This document shows positions 48,208-60,990 of a DNA stretch of 64,000 nt, one piece after another; the first letter of the stretch is position 1, and every line of letters starts with the position of its first letter. The notes under the pieces are model-generated. The model saw only the letters and a list, made by a program, of their open reading frames with translations, was not told the origin of the DNA and made no database searches. The stretch is from Malacoraja senta (taxonomy: Eukaryota). The stretch spans positions 24,056,001 to 24,120,000 of the forward strand of contig CM075985.1 of assembly GCA_038087875.1 (NCBI GenBank), given 5' to 3'. The position numbers and the translations under genes are program-made.

Positions 48208-48321
48208 ATCGATCAACCTCTTCTGGAACAAAAGACTCATACTAATGTACCTTGGATTGTGGAACCAGTGCAAGAAACTAAAAGGGGAATGAATACCAAG
48301 TACGAGACCACAATATTCTAA
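48208..48321 (+). CDS. ANKS1B: ANKS1B terminal coding exon
   Basis: tttcctttgccggcag|ATC...TTC TAA. IDQPLLEQKTHTNVPWIVEPVQETKRGMNTKYETTIF*, matching the AIDA-1 PDZ-binding C-terminus. Confidence 0.96.
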   Translation: MDQPLLEQKTHTNVPWIVEPVQETKRGMNTKYETTIF

Positions 48322-49403
48322 ACCTTATGTCTCATTCTCCTCTGTCTGTGCCTTCGCACTCTTGAGCAATCACTGCAAGCAGCACATTTTATCTCCTCTG
48401 GTGACCTCTTGCCCAGCGGAGAGGAAACCTGCACTCGCTGAGTGACCTTTATACAGTTACTGTCATCACTGCATGAAGCTGCTCTTTCTCCTTGACATTA
48501 TTCCCACTGTAGCAACAGGAACAGCACTGACACACGACAACTGTCTTTAGACATTAAAAGCCACTCCATCAGAAGGACTTAAACTGATGCAGTTTCAAGA
48601 TTTTTCTCTTGGTCTTAATATTTTTCTTCAGTCTTTTCTGGCTCATCACAGATTTTAGAAGATTTTAGAGCTCTAACGCAGAAAATCTCTTCTGCCCATG
48701 TGAACACTTGAATGCTGCTAAAAGCTGATAAAAAAAATCAAAGCTTTTTTTAATCACTTTGGACTATCACTTTTTAACTAAAAGCTGTGATTTATGAATT
48801 GCAGCCTTGGGATAATATTAGAAATGGCAAAGCTAAAATCTTTCAATGACTGCTTTCGTTTTGAAATGACTGCACTGTTCTGGTGGTTTACTAACTGCTT
48901 TTAGCAATTGTTGTGAATTTCACTCTTGTTTTACTGGAAATTTCACAGCACATTTGTTCAATTCCTGCAGAATTTCTAGCCCTTATTTTAAACAGATCTG
49001 TGCTGACAATAATGTTGTGTTTTTTTAAAAGTAATGTGGTACTGCAAAATTTAGTATGGGAATATTGTTATTTATTTTTAATGTAACCAGTAGTGATTTT
49101 TATGACATCTTGCTCCAAAAATATGAAAGTTAGAATGTTTTGAAGCGGGAAAAGAGTCAGGAGTTTTACACAGAGATGCTAGCTTCCAGTCTTATTTCTA
49201 AACTGTGTTTGATTGATAATTTTTAAATAGCTTGTACAACAGCAATCAAGTAAATTCCTGGTTTATGAAAATCTTTGACTAAGGGAGAAAAGATCATCAT
49301 TCCAATGTAGTTTATTGTGATGTTCCTGAGGTCCCTTTTGGAATGCAGATTGGTGTTCATGTCTGAAACCCAATAGTGTGTTGCACTGCAGATGGAGGCA
49401 TAC

Positions 49404-49545
49404 TTAGTTTAGAGATACAGCGCGGAAACAGGCCCTTCGGCCCACTGGGTCCGCGCCGACCAGCGATCCCTGCACATTAACACTATCCTACACCCACTAG
49501 GGACAATTTTTTTACATTTACCAAGCCAATTAACCTACAAACCTG
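49404..49545 (-). mobile_element. SINE 3' half, antisense, inside the ANKS1B 3' UTR
   Basis: ttagtttagagatacagcgcggaaacaggcccttcggccc... is the reverse complement of the SINE tail at ~41370-41500. Confidence 0.8.
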
Positions 49546-50397
49546 TAAATGTACACATGGCACTGGATAGGTTAGCAGTCCAAGTGCAGTGCTGGATGCA
49601 GAAGAGGTTGCATTCAGATAATATATCATAACTCTCTCAGAAACTATATGGTTTGCATGCATGATTGTTGAATTTAAATGAAACATGGCACAATTAATCT
49701 ATTTTTGTTCTGTAGTACAAAAGACAAAATTTCACGAATAGTGACATGCTCGGCAGTGTGAAGCAACTTCCACTTCCGACAAAAACTATGATCTGGGACT
49801 GATTACTTACAAAACAAAGCAGCAGACAACTATTTTTAAACATGTGAAACCACAATCAACTGATCTACTACCTGGAGCAATCAATGTTTGTTAAATATCA
49901 TGCTTCTTTCTTTGCAAAAAAAAAATGTAGCGGCACATAACATAACCCTGCTGCATTGCCTATTGAAACCACATTGAGCCAAAGTGTAACTGTGGTATGT
50001 ACAGGCAGAATTATAAACAATGGTTTAATAACAGTTATATGACAATAACTGTTTAAAAAAACTTATTGTGAATCAATTTAATGTTTATTTTAGAATCCTT
50101 ATTGAACTTGTGTAATTATGGTCTTAAGTTGTTTCAATGTTACATTATTTTTATATGATATAGAAACTAAGCTGGGCTTAATGATAAAGGTCACCCAAAT
50201 ATAACTTAATGGATGACTATTAGAGCTTGGGTTGTAATTGATAATCAAATGTATATTGTATGGTTGGACTGAATTTTAGTTCAATTCAGTGTTAATCTTT
50301 TAATACAGTATTACAGTACTTGAACAATGCAGTTTCCTTGTACATATTTTTGCCTATTCACTGTTGATACATGTATGTAGTAACTTGGCAGTTTAAA

Positions 50398-50552
50398 AAT
50401 AAACCCACTGTAAACATGGTACCAAAATGAAATTGTATGGGGATAAAATAGTGGCCTCGCTGCAACTAATAATTGTATATATGCTTGGGCTTCCAGTTAC
50501 AAATTTTGTAATTTTGTCATTATTTATATCCTGCGAAAGCACATTAAATAAA
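50398..50552 (+). terminator. Candidate polyadenylation signals
   Basis: AATAAA at 50398-50403. Overlapping ATTAAA/AATAAA at 50543-50552, followed by a GU/U-rich tract (tttgtttccctgtgttg, ~50584). Confidence 0.6.
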
Positions 50553-51427
50553 CAGGATGTATAAAAATATGAATGGTTTTCAATTTGTTTCCCTGTGTTG
50601 CTATATTATAAAATTATCACCACATTGGCTTAACACCAAAGCCTGGATATTGATCTGATTGTGGATTCAATGTAAGTATTTTCACCCATTCACTGGATCT
50701 CAAATCAATGTTTAAATCAAGAAGTATCCATTTTGAATTATTAATGAACCAACAGTTTACAAATTATAATAGTTGTTATTTTACATTTGGTTGGCTTTTT
50801 TTTTACTCCAATGTATTTTATTCAGCCATGGATATGTTCATACAATCCAATGTAGAGTATACTAGATCAGACAAGACATCATCACCATCAATATTGGTCT
50901 ATACTTAATTTCTTTGGGTATTTTTCAATGGGTCCTCGTAGACATTTTAAACCCCAATCTGAAACATAACCCCTTCATGATTTGTGAAACCCAGAGTTCT
51001 TATTTTTTGATTAAATAACATTTGCAATTTGAATTAAGTTTATGAACATTATTCTAATTTAAAGTTCAAAATGAGAAAAAAATTGCCTAAAGTAAATTGG
51101 GAAATTTAGATCAAAAGATGTGGTGCAGACATTTTAAAGAATTCTTTATCTTTGAATGTACATTCCATTCAGAAATCATTATTACATATGAAAGGTATCT
51201 ATTTCTGCTTAAGGAAAGTTAAGAATAGTAATGAATTGACAAAACTAAGTTACAAGAAATAGCAGTCAGCATGATGGTTGGAAGTCATTCAAAATTGACA
51301 GCGGAAAATATCCATAAACTAGCATAAAATTAAAAAACGATCATAAATGGAATGGGGATTATGGAAATGGATAAAACTTTGAGTGCAAGTAGAAGAATGA
51401 CAAGTACATGTTGAAAACTTGGAAGTC

Positions 51428-51718
51428 TTAGTTTAGTTTAGAGATACAGCGTGGTAACGGGCCCTTTGGCCCACTGAGTCCGTGCCAACCAACGATACAC
51501 GAGTTAGAGCCCATACACTAGTTTTGCCTCCTACACATTACAGAAACCAATTAATCTACAAACCTGCATGTCTTTGGAATGTGGGAGGAAACTGGAGCAA
51601 AGCCACCTGGTCACAGGGAGAACGTGCAAACTCCATACAGGCAGCACCTATAGTCAGGTTTGAACATTGGATTTCTGGCGCCGAAGCAGCAACTCTATTG
51701 CTGTGATATTGTGCCACC
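51428..51718 (-). mobile_element. Full-length tRNA-derived SINE
   Basis: Reverse-strand homologue of the 41210 SINE. Confidence 0.82.
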
Positions 51719-52159
51719 AAAACAAGAAAATGGAATGGGAATTATGGAAATGGATGAAACTCATACTTCATGTCTTCACAATAGAAGACAAAGTTAATTG
51801 AAGAGGTAAAAGAGAGGATTGTAAAATAAATAAAACAGTATCAGTAAAGATAGTGGACTTGATGAGTTGCAAAATACTACTTGCCTTGGTCACCTTTTCT
51901 AGAATGGTTCCAGAGGATTGAAAAACACCAATTATAATATTGTGAGAAATACTGAGAGAAAACCAAGAACTACAAGCCTTTTAGTCTAACATCAATTGGG
52001 GGAAATGTTGGAATCCAATTTTTAAAGAAATTATGATAATAGAGCGCTTAAAACATAAAATGATTTGGCAGAGTCAACATCATTTCAAAAGGTAAAGCGT
52101 TTCATCAAATTATTTGATAATATGGAGATAGGATTGGTAAATAGACAACGTATGGGGAT

Positions 52160-52665
52160 AAACACAAAGTGCTGAAGTTAGACAACAGGTCCGGCAGCAT
52201 CTCTGGAGAAAAATAATGGGTGATGTTTCAAGGCAGAACCCTTCTACTGATTGAAAGTTGAGGGGGGAGGCAACTGGGGATAGAAAAAGGCCAGAACAAA
52301 TCAGGGTCGGTAACGGATGACCAAGGTAGGGTGGCCCATTGTTGGCTGGGGAAGAGGTGATGATGAAGGAATACAAGGATGCAAGCAGTGGAACTGGTAG
52401 GACAACTTTGGTGGGGGGGATAGGGTGGGTAAGAGGGAATGCAGGGGTTACTTGAAATTGGAGAAATCACATTCATAGCGCTGGGCTGTAAGCTGCCCAA
52501 GCAAAATATGAGATGCTTTTCCTCCAACTTGTGTGTGGCCTCACTGACAGTGGAGGAGGCCCAGGACAGAAAGGTCAGTAGGGGAATGGGCAGGGGAGTT
52601 AAAATGTTTGGTAACCAGGATATCGCATAGGCAACGGCAGATCGAGCATACGTGTTCAGCGAAAC
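52160..52665 (-). mobile_element. Penelope 3' fragment (GIY-YIG C-terminus plus pLTR)
   Basis: ORF 52228..52527 begins EEKHLIFCLGSLQPSAMN, typical of the Penelope endonuclease end. It runs directly into the terminal-arm sequence seen in the fold-back elements. Confidence 0.8.
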
Positions 52666-53305
52666 TGAAGAAGTAAAGGTAATCTATGAGGCATATGAAA
52701 CTCTCCAACCTAAGACCAGCACTTCTCTTGTCAGCGAACGTTCCCCCAAATCTACAGGCTGATACCTTGGCCTCTGCCTTTAAAATCTTCTGTCTGTATT
52801 ATATCTATATTGATTTACAAACTCACCCAATCTTTCCATTATTGGTGTACATGACAAAGGATGATCAATGAATTAAAACAAGCAGGCATGAGTTGTTAGC
52901 TGAAGATACTCATCGGGTACTTGGTATGCGAGGGGGCTGTTTTAGTCCTGTAGCTTCATTGAATATTAGTAGGTTAACATTTCCTCTCCTAGTGACAAAA
53001 GTTGTGCAGTATTTAGCATAATATCACCACTCTTAAATGTTTAATTTATTGACATTACTTGAAATCATTCTGCTAATGGTACAGCAAAAGACCCAGAAAG
53101 ACTAAAAATATCTTCATAAAATTCCAAATGCCAGCAGCAACACTATCCTCTCCTCAAGGGTTCATTCAATGGAAAACAAAAACATCATTTCTCAGTGCAC
53201 TAAATTCATTAAATTTTTTTTTGAATCCCTCTAAGCTAGAAATTATTTATTTTCACCCAAGTATTTTATTCCAGACTGTGTTTGTGGATGTGTGCCAGAG
53301 CCTAA

Positions 53306-53541
53306 AGGGCCTGCCCCACTTGGGCGTCATTTGCGCGTCACGCAGATGGCGCGCGAAGATTTTGTACATCCCAAAATCCTGGGGCGCCACACGCGACCGC
53401 GCGTCATTGACTACGTCACCAAGCACCATGCGTGTGTAATGCGCAACATGCGCACATCACGTGCGCGGCACGACGCATGCGTCGTGGCGCGTAAATGATG
53501 TGTAAATTACGTGCAAATGAAGCCCAAGTGGGACAGGCCCT
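53306..53541. mobile_element. PIF/Harbinger-type MITE
   Basis: TAA|agggcctgccccacttgggc...gcccaagtgggacaggccct|TAA. 3-bp TWA TSD, CpG-rich interior. Confidence 0.88.
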
Positions 53542-53581
53542 TAACCAGCCACTCACAGCAGACTTGCAGCAATGCCTTTTA

Positions 53582-53816
53582 AGGGCCTGTCCCACTTGGC
53601 AACTTTTTCGGCGACTGCCGGCGTCATATCAGCATTGCCAAAAGATTTTGAACATTTCAAAATCCAGCAGCGACAAAAAAAATGTTGCGACAATTGAAAA
53701 AACACCGCGCATCATACGTCATCATGCCGTGTCACGCCGCAAATTTTTCGGTGACCTGATACGTCAGTCACTGACGGTGGCAGTCGACGAAAAAATCGCC
53801 AAGTGTAACAGGCCCT
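53582..53816. mobile_element. PIF/Harbinger-type MITE (different interior)
   Basis: TTA|agggcctgtcccacttggc...gccaagtgtaacaggccct|TTA. Confidence 0.88.
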
Positions 53817-53989
53817 TTAAGCTGGCAATGAGGGAATGATGGAGCACTAATCTGACTAAATTGCTGCAGTCTTTGATCGGTGAGCGTTTGTACATAGGTT
53901 CCATGGCAGTTGTTCTTGTGTATTTAAAAAAACAGGTTTAATTTTTAGCTCTTGGGATAATTTCTGGAGTGACACAGAATAGGCTTATG

Positions 53990-54190
53990 GAGTCATACAG
54001 CATGGAAACAGGTCCTGCAGCACAACTTGCCCTTGTCAACCAATATGCCCTATCTTCACTGGTCTCATCTGCCTGTGTTTGGCCCATATCCCTCTAAACC
54101 TTTCCTATCCATTTACTATCCAAATGTATTTTACATTTTATTACAGTACCTGCCTCAACTATCTCCACAGGCACTTATTCCTTGTACCCA
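53990..54190 (-). mobile_element. CR1 3' tail, antisense
   Basis: Reverse complement of the tail type seen at 14690-14890. Confidence 0.7.
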
Positions 54191-55139
54191 TTACCCCCCC
54201 CCCCCCCCGTGCCCTACCATTCAAGGGAAGAGTCTGCCCTGGTTTGACTTCCCAAAATGCATTAAACTCTATTAACTATTGCTCAGCTCATTGGCAAAAC
54301 CGACGCCTAGGCAATAAAAAGAGGAGTAGTAGCCTGAATGTGAAGTTGGTTTGGGGATGGAAACTGAACAGATGAAGATCTGCAGCACCGTCTTCTAGGG
54401 ATGGATTCTGGGAGCTTTGCTTTTGACTTGGATGCAGAGGAACAAGTACAGAATTTGCAAATACGAAATATGTATGTGAAGGAAACAGTAAAATATAATT
54501 ATGATCTTCAAGACAAGAAAAAGCTGGCAAAATGGGCAGACGTATGATAGAAGAAATTTAAGGCTAATACCTAGCTAGCATGGCCATATTTTATGAGAAA
54601 CTATTGGACAGGAGAGTATCTACTGAAGTTCAGAAGAGTGAGAGTGTCTTAATAAGTGAATATGAAGAGACGTGTCCTCTTGTGGGAGCATCTAGAATTA
54701 GGGATCACTCTTTTCTAATGTGAATGGCCCACTTAAGGCGGACTTGAGCAAAACCCTTTCTCTTAAAGAATCATGAGTCATTGGAACTCTCAGCTTCAAA
54801 GGATAGAGAAATCTTTCAATATTTTTAAGATGGATGTAGATGTGTGAGGGGATGAAAGGTTCTTCAGTAGGTGAGAATGTAAAATTGAGTCTAAAATCAT
54901 ATTAGATGTGATCTTATTAAATGGCAGACCAGACTTGAGTGGCAGGGTGACCTACACCAGTTCCTGAATTTGCACATGCCATTTGCTTAGCAAAAAAGTG
55001 TAAGGTAATACCATATCTTATCATCATATTTCTTTTTATGACTTAAAAGGCAGCCATTTTGTCCACTGTCTATACTAGCTTTTAGCATATTCCCATCGTC
55101 CCACTTATTTCCCTCCAATCTTTTTTCTCTCATGTGCCC

Positions 55140-55540
55140 ATCAACTTCCTTGTACTCCATATCATCTTTGTTGTGGATCTGGTGGACAACAGTGGTTTCA
55201 TCAGTGAACTTAAAGATTGTGTTGGTGCTGCATTTGGATATACAGTCACGAGTGTACAGGGAGTAGAGCAAGGGACTGAACACACAACCCTGAGGAGCAT
55301 CAGTGTTGAGGGTCATGGGTAATGGTCATGTTGGAAGAAATGTTATCACTAATTCTAAAACTGAGGTCTGCCGATCAGGAAGTCCAGACTCAGTTGCAGA
55401 CAGGGGCCCTTAGGCCAAGATCCAGGAGTATAGAAATGGGTCTATTTGGTGTAATGGCATTCAAGGCTGGGCTGTATGAACAGCATCCTGATAGACGTAT
55501 TTCTCTTGTCAAGGTTGATCTAGAGCTGAGGGGAGAGTAA
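55140..55540 (-). mobile_element. Rex1/Babar-like (L2 group) RT fragment
   Basis: TLNTDAPQGCVFSPLLYSLYTRDC...IFKFTDETTVV (degenerate PQG and FADD RT motifs). Confidence 0.8.
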
Positions 55541-55589
55541 AAAAAGGCAGCTGGGTTCAAGTGCATCCTTGGAGGTGTTTCGGGAACGG

Positions 55590-57550
55590 AGATGCACGCT
55601 GAAAAAAACAGGAGGGCAAAAAAAAGGATAGGTGATAGCTCTGGCAGATAATATTAAGGATAATCTCAAGAGCTCTTATAAGTACATAAAGGGAAAAAGG
55701 GTAACCAGAGAGAGAATGGGACTCATCAGGAATGCTCAACTGTGTGTGAAGCCACAAGAGGTAGGCAAGTTCCTCAATGAGTCCTCCACTGTGGTGAAAG
55801 ACATGAGGACTGGGGATCTTGGGGCAGTCGATGGAAGTGTCTGGAGGATGGTCAGTATTATGGTCGAGGAGGTGCTGAAGGTCCTGGCGGGCATGAAGGT
55901 AGACACATCTCCTGGGCCTGATCTGATACATCCGAGGACACTGTGGGAAGGAAACACAAGAGAGGAAATTGCAGGTGCGCTGGCTGAGATTTATGAGTCA
56001 TTATTAAATACTGGTGTCGTGTCGGAGGATTGGAGGGTGACAAATGTTGTGCCCCTATTTAAGAAGGGCTGCTAGGACTACAGGCTTTTGTGAGCCTAAC
56101 ATCTGTGGTGGGAAAGTTACCAAAGAGTATTCTGAGGGATAAGATATGCATGCATTTAGATGGGCAAGTGTTGATTAGGGACAGTCAGCTTGGACTTGTA
56201 CGTGGGAGATCATGTCTCAGAAATGTGATTGTCTTTTTTAAAGATGTGACGATAAAGGTTGATGAGGACTGAGCTGTAGATGTTTTATGTATGGATTTCA
56301 GTGAGGCATTTGACAAGGTTCCGCATGGTAGGTTGCTCTAGAACTTAGATTGCATGGGATTCAAGGGGAGCTAGCTGACTGGGTAGAAAATTGGCCTCAT
56401 GGAAGGAAGCAGAGGGTGATGGTAGAAGGTTGCTTTTCAGACTGGAGGCCTGTGAGTACTTATGTGCCTCAGGGTCGATGCTGGGCACATTGCTGTTTGT
56501 CATCTATATTAATTATTTCCATGAGAATGTACAAGGCATGATTAGTGACGTTGCAGATGACACTAAATTGGGTGGTATAGTAGATAGTGAAGATGGTTGT
56601 CAAAATTGCAGCAGGATCTTGATCGGTTGGGCATGTGAGCTGAGGAATAGTTGGTAGAACTTAATACAGAGAAATCAAGGATATGGGGAGAAGGCAGGCA
56701 TGGGTTATTGATTGGGGATGATCAGCCATGATCACAATGAATGGCGGTGCTGGCTTGAAGGGCCGAATGGCCTCCTCCTGCACCTATTTGCTATGTTTCT
56801 ATGTTTCTAAATGTGACGTGTTACATTTTGGGAAGTCTAACAAGGGCAGGACCTACACAGTGAATGGTATGCCTCTGGGGAGTGTTGTAGAGTAGAGAGA
56901 TCTAGGAGTACAGGTACATAGTTCTTTGAAAGTGGCATCACAGGAAGATAAGATGGTCAACCAGGCTTATGGCACATTGGCCTTCATCAGTCAGAGTACT
57001 GACTATAGAAGTTTGGAGGTCATGTTGCAGTTGTATAAGACATTGGTATGCCACATTGGAGTATTATGTTCAGGTTTGGTTACCATGTTATAGGAAAGAT
57101 TATGTCAAACTGCAAAGGGTGCAAAGATTTATGAGGATGTTGCCAGGATTCGAACACCTGAGCTATAGGAAGAGGTTACGACTTTATTCCTTGGAGCACA
57201 GGAGGATGAAGGGTGATTTTATAGTGGTGAATAAGATTGGATAAATACACAAGAGTTTTTTTCCCAGAGTAGGGGAATCAACAACCAGATGACAGAGATT
57301 TAAGGTGAGGGGGGATGATTTAATAGGAACCTAAGGGGTAACTTTTTTTACACAAAGGTTGGTGGATATATGGAACGAGCTGCTGGAGGAGGTAGTTGGG
57401 GCAATATAACGTTTAAGAGACATCTGGACAGGCACATGGAATTGAGAGGTTTAGAGGGCTATGGGTCAAGTGCAGGCAGGTGGGATTGGTGTGGTTGGGA
57501 ATGTTGGTCGGCATGGGCAACTTGGGCCGAAGGGCCTGTTTCTATGACTA
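55590..57550 (+). mobile_element. CR1 LINE ORF2 (RT) fragment to 3' end, with a nested CR1 tail at ~56675-56808
   Basis: SPGPDLIHPRTL, EDWRVTNVVPLFKKG, SLTSVVGK, VPQG, DVADDTKLGG and YYVQVWLP motifs with stops and frameshifts. Confidence 0.93.
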
Positions 57551-57792
57551 TATGTTCTCCGTACACCTAATTTTTCTGAAAGCAAATTGTAAAGGGTCCA
57601 GATTGATATCAAAGGAAATTCTGGGTTTTATTGATACATTATTATATTTATTTATATAGTAGAAATTATCTACAACCACTATAAAATTGTGGTGTCCTAT
57701 TCTTGGTTCCGTGTTTGAGGTACCATCTGAGGCTTTAGAGAGAGTGCTACGAAGAGTTGGCCAAATAGTTTTGGGGTGAAAAAGCTTAGTTA

Positions 57793-58078
57793 AGGGCCTG
57801 TCCCACTGTACGAGGTAATTCAAGAGTTCTCCCGAGTTTCCCCTGATTCGAACTCGGAGAATTACGGTAATAGCCGTTCGTAGGTACTCGGGGCTCTCAT
57901 GGACATTTTTCACACTGTTGAAAAAACTTCACGAGTTACCGCGTTTTCCGAGTACCTGCCGTTAGCTTTACGAGCCACTAAGAGACGTCCACGAGCTCTG
58001 ACGTAGCCGCTTTGTACATTCTACGTATTTACCACGAGTTTGATTTTTTTTAAACTCGGGAGAGCTCATGAATTACCT
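57793..58078. mobile_element. PIF/Harbinger-type MITE, right TIR truncated
   Basis: TTA|agggcctgtcccactgtacgaggtaattcaagagttctcccgagttt...aaactcgggagagctcatgaattacct. Confidence 0.78.
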
Positions 58079-58109
58079 TTATGGCAAAGCAAATAAAGAG
58101 AAATTCCCA

Positions 58110-58385
58110 ATGATGATACAAATTAGTTGAAAATATGGACAGAGAAATGGCAAATGGATTTTAATCCAGACAGGTGTGAAGTGCTGTACTTTGGGAGGTC
58201 AAATATAAGGGGGAAGTATACAGTAAATAGGTGGACCCTTAGAAGCAGTGAAGTACAGAGGGATCTTGGGGTCCAAGTCCATAGTTCCCTAAAACTGGCA
58301 ACATAAGTCGATGCAGTAATAAAGAAAGCATATATTAATTATTGCCAAACATCATGGGCCAAAGGGTCCGTTCCTGAGCTGTACT
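58110..58385 (+). mobile_element. CR1 fragment
   Basis: WTEKWQMDFNPDRCEVLYFG-type sequence and tail. Confidence 0.75.
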
Positions 58386-60597
58386 ATGGTAAATGTTATG
58401 ATGGAAAGGACAAGAATTAAAAGATGCAGATTTCAAGCTAAAAGAACCCAAGGGGAATTTAAGTTACATTTTAACAGCAACTCATCATGTTCTGGACAAC
58501 TTTGTCTGAAAGGCAAATTTGATATGTATTTGAGAAGAAAAAAAAAGATTATGGAGAAAGAGTTGAGGTTGGGACTGACTAGATCCTGGTTCCGCATAGC
58601 CGGCTTTGCTGTAGCAATTCAATAATTCAAAATCATCGTGCAAGAATAAATAAGACTGAGGAAGGCAAAAGGGCGCCTAATTGAATAAGGTTCTTTCTAC
58701 TGACGAGGTCAAAGAGTTTAAGATTCAGCACATTATGTGAAGAGCATGTCCTTCCTCCTGGGATTTGTTGGTCTTCGGGCAAAGATTATGTCAACAGTTG
58801 ATCTGGAGGACAGAAGCTCCTGTGCATTAACTCTCTGGATAAACACATTCAACAAGCGTTTGCTACTTTGACCCACGTAAGTGTCTCACTATTCAGACTA
58901 AATTCCCTTTCAGTTGTGACAATCAATCCAAAGTCTTTGTTTATGCTTGTCAGAATCATGTCAGCATTTTTAATATATTTTCCATACCCCCTCCTATCAG
59001 GCAAAAATAGTGGAGGTATTTGTTATTGCACAACATATTCCTTATTTCAACACCACAGTTGGAGCTCAGTCTCTTCCTGCAGTTCTTCCAGATGCTAAGA
59101 AGATGAATGCCTTTTCAAGTTCATTACAGTTGGCTTTATAAGAAAGGATGTCTCTGTTTGGCATCTGTGAGTGCATTTCATCCTGATTCCTAAACAACCT
59201 CATGTTCCTGATGGTATTCAATACAGAAGAGCATCTGCTTATGATAGTCACTGATGATTTTTTGAGTGAGACATTTGTAGTGGTGAGATCTTCTATCATA
59301 CATAATGCTTAAGGATCTATTTTTAAAAGAACAATTAAATTATCCCACACAGATGTAATGAACATGCATCAGAACATTTGCTTAAATATTCATTGCAAGT
59401 TGCATCTACTTCTTCAAAATCTGCACTTGTTTTTAGAGAATAGTTAATTCTGTAATGTGTGTTTTGCAATATTCAGAATGATTTCCTCAGAGTATGCTGT
59501 AACCCAGACTCTACCTTCTACAAAAAAAACATTGTCCACTTGTAATACTGGTCAATTTTGCTTTAACCCTAACCCTAGAAGTCTTGAAATACTTGAAATT
59601 AAAAAAAGTTATACCAAATGTTATTTTTGTTTATTTACTTTCCCAGTGTCCAGCTGTCAAATAAGTATGTAATAGGATATGTACAAACTAATGAGAAAAT
59701 ATCTTTGTTTCTCAACAATTTCCCATCATAATCTATAGTTCATTACTCTTCGCAGCCTTTTATTGATCCATGTTTTCCTGTCACTGAACAGCCAGCATTC
59801 TTGTCACGTGACAAAAATTCACAACTATTTTTTAATTAAAACCTCAAAATTTGAGATTTCAGTTACAGAGGCTTTTTGGCATTTGAAGGATGTGTAACAA
59901 ATTTTAATCAATTTTCTTTTCCTTCTCCAAACGCTACATCTATATTAACATTATATTTTGCTCTCGTGAGTGAAGATATGTGGTCCTGGTCAGCAATGCA
60001 AGTAGTCATCCAGGGAGGTCAGTGATAAATTAACACGGCCGAGCGGTTTCTGTAAACGTTGACAGATGAATGCCATTCATTTTGTATTATTAATATTATA
60101 CAGTGTGGAAACAGGCCCTTCGGCCCACCAAGTCAACGCTGACCAGCGTTCACCACGTACATTGTGGTGAAGGCTGGTACAATACTGGTGCTGTAAGGCA
60201 GAAATTCTACCACTGTGCCACTGTGCACAAACTAGATCCTGTACATCATAAAGAGTTTTAAATAGGGATTGTCTGCTTCTTGTAGATATTGTGCACTAAC
60301 TGTTCTGGCAAAATGACTGAAGGAAAAGTTAACAAGTGAGTGTGTTGGAATTTAGTGTGTTGGCATAGGAATTTAGAGTGAAAGCTGTGGGAGTAGTTGC
60401 CTGTTAAACTTGGCAGGTGAGTATTTGCAGTTAGGGGAGATGGATTACTGAGGCGCAGAGCACTGAGCAGAGATTCCCTCAATCCTTGTGGCGACTTTGA
60501 ACTTTTCATAAAACTAATAGATAGTTTGAGATACTTTTTTTATAATTCATGGCCCTTTAATATCAGAGCTATGAATTATAAAAAATAAACACAATGT

Positions 60598-60990
60598 TTA
60601 TTGAAACATATAAGATTATTAAAGGTTTGGACATGCTAGAGGCAGGAAAAATGTTCCCGATGTTGGGGGGGGGGGGGGGTCCAGAACCAGGGGCCATTAT
60701 TTAAGAATAAGGGTTAAGTCATTTAGAACGGAGATGAGGAAACACTTTTTCACACAGAGAGTTGTGAGTCTGTGGAATTCTCTGCCTTAGAGGGCGGTGG
60801 AGGCCGGTTCTCTGGATACTTTCAAGAGAGAGCTAGATAGGGCTCTTAAAGATAGCGGAGTCAGAGGATATTGGGAGAAGGCAGGAACGGGGTACTGATT
60901 GTGGATGATCAGCCATGATCACATTGAATGACGGTGCTGGCTCGAAAGGCTGAAGGGCCTACTCCTGCACCTTTTGACTATTGTCTATTG
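60598..60990 (+). mobile_element. CR1 LINE 3' end (young)
   Basis: attgaaacatataagattattaaagg...ctactcctgcacc...ttgtctattg. Confidence 0.88.

Larger units (their letters stand above)
48322..50575 (+). other. ANKS1B: ANKS1B 3' UTR (approximate end)
   Basis: AU-rich, mostly repeat-free sequence after the stop codon, ending near AATAAA signals. The end point is inferred. Confidence 0.6.

Noticed and set aside
17525-48321. Assignment to ANKS1A (Odin)
   Set aside because: The TPPQLSPSLSQSTY linker exon, [13 protein letters not shown] and PWIVEP...KRG.NTKYETTIF fit ANKS1B rather than ANKS1A.
53290-53840. CpG island or promoter of a downstream gene
   Set aside because: CpG richness is confined exactly to two TIR-bounded MITEs.
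59573-59587. Telomeric repeat (taaccc)2
   Set aside because: Only two units; expected by chance.
60536-60585. 15-bp-arm hairpin
   Set aside because: AT-rich and low-complexity, adjacent to a CR1 insertion; no further support.
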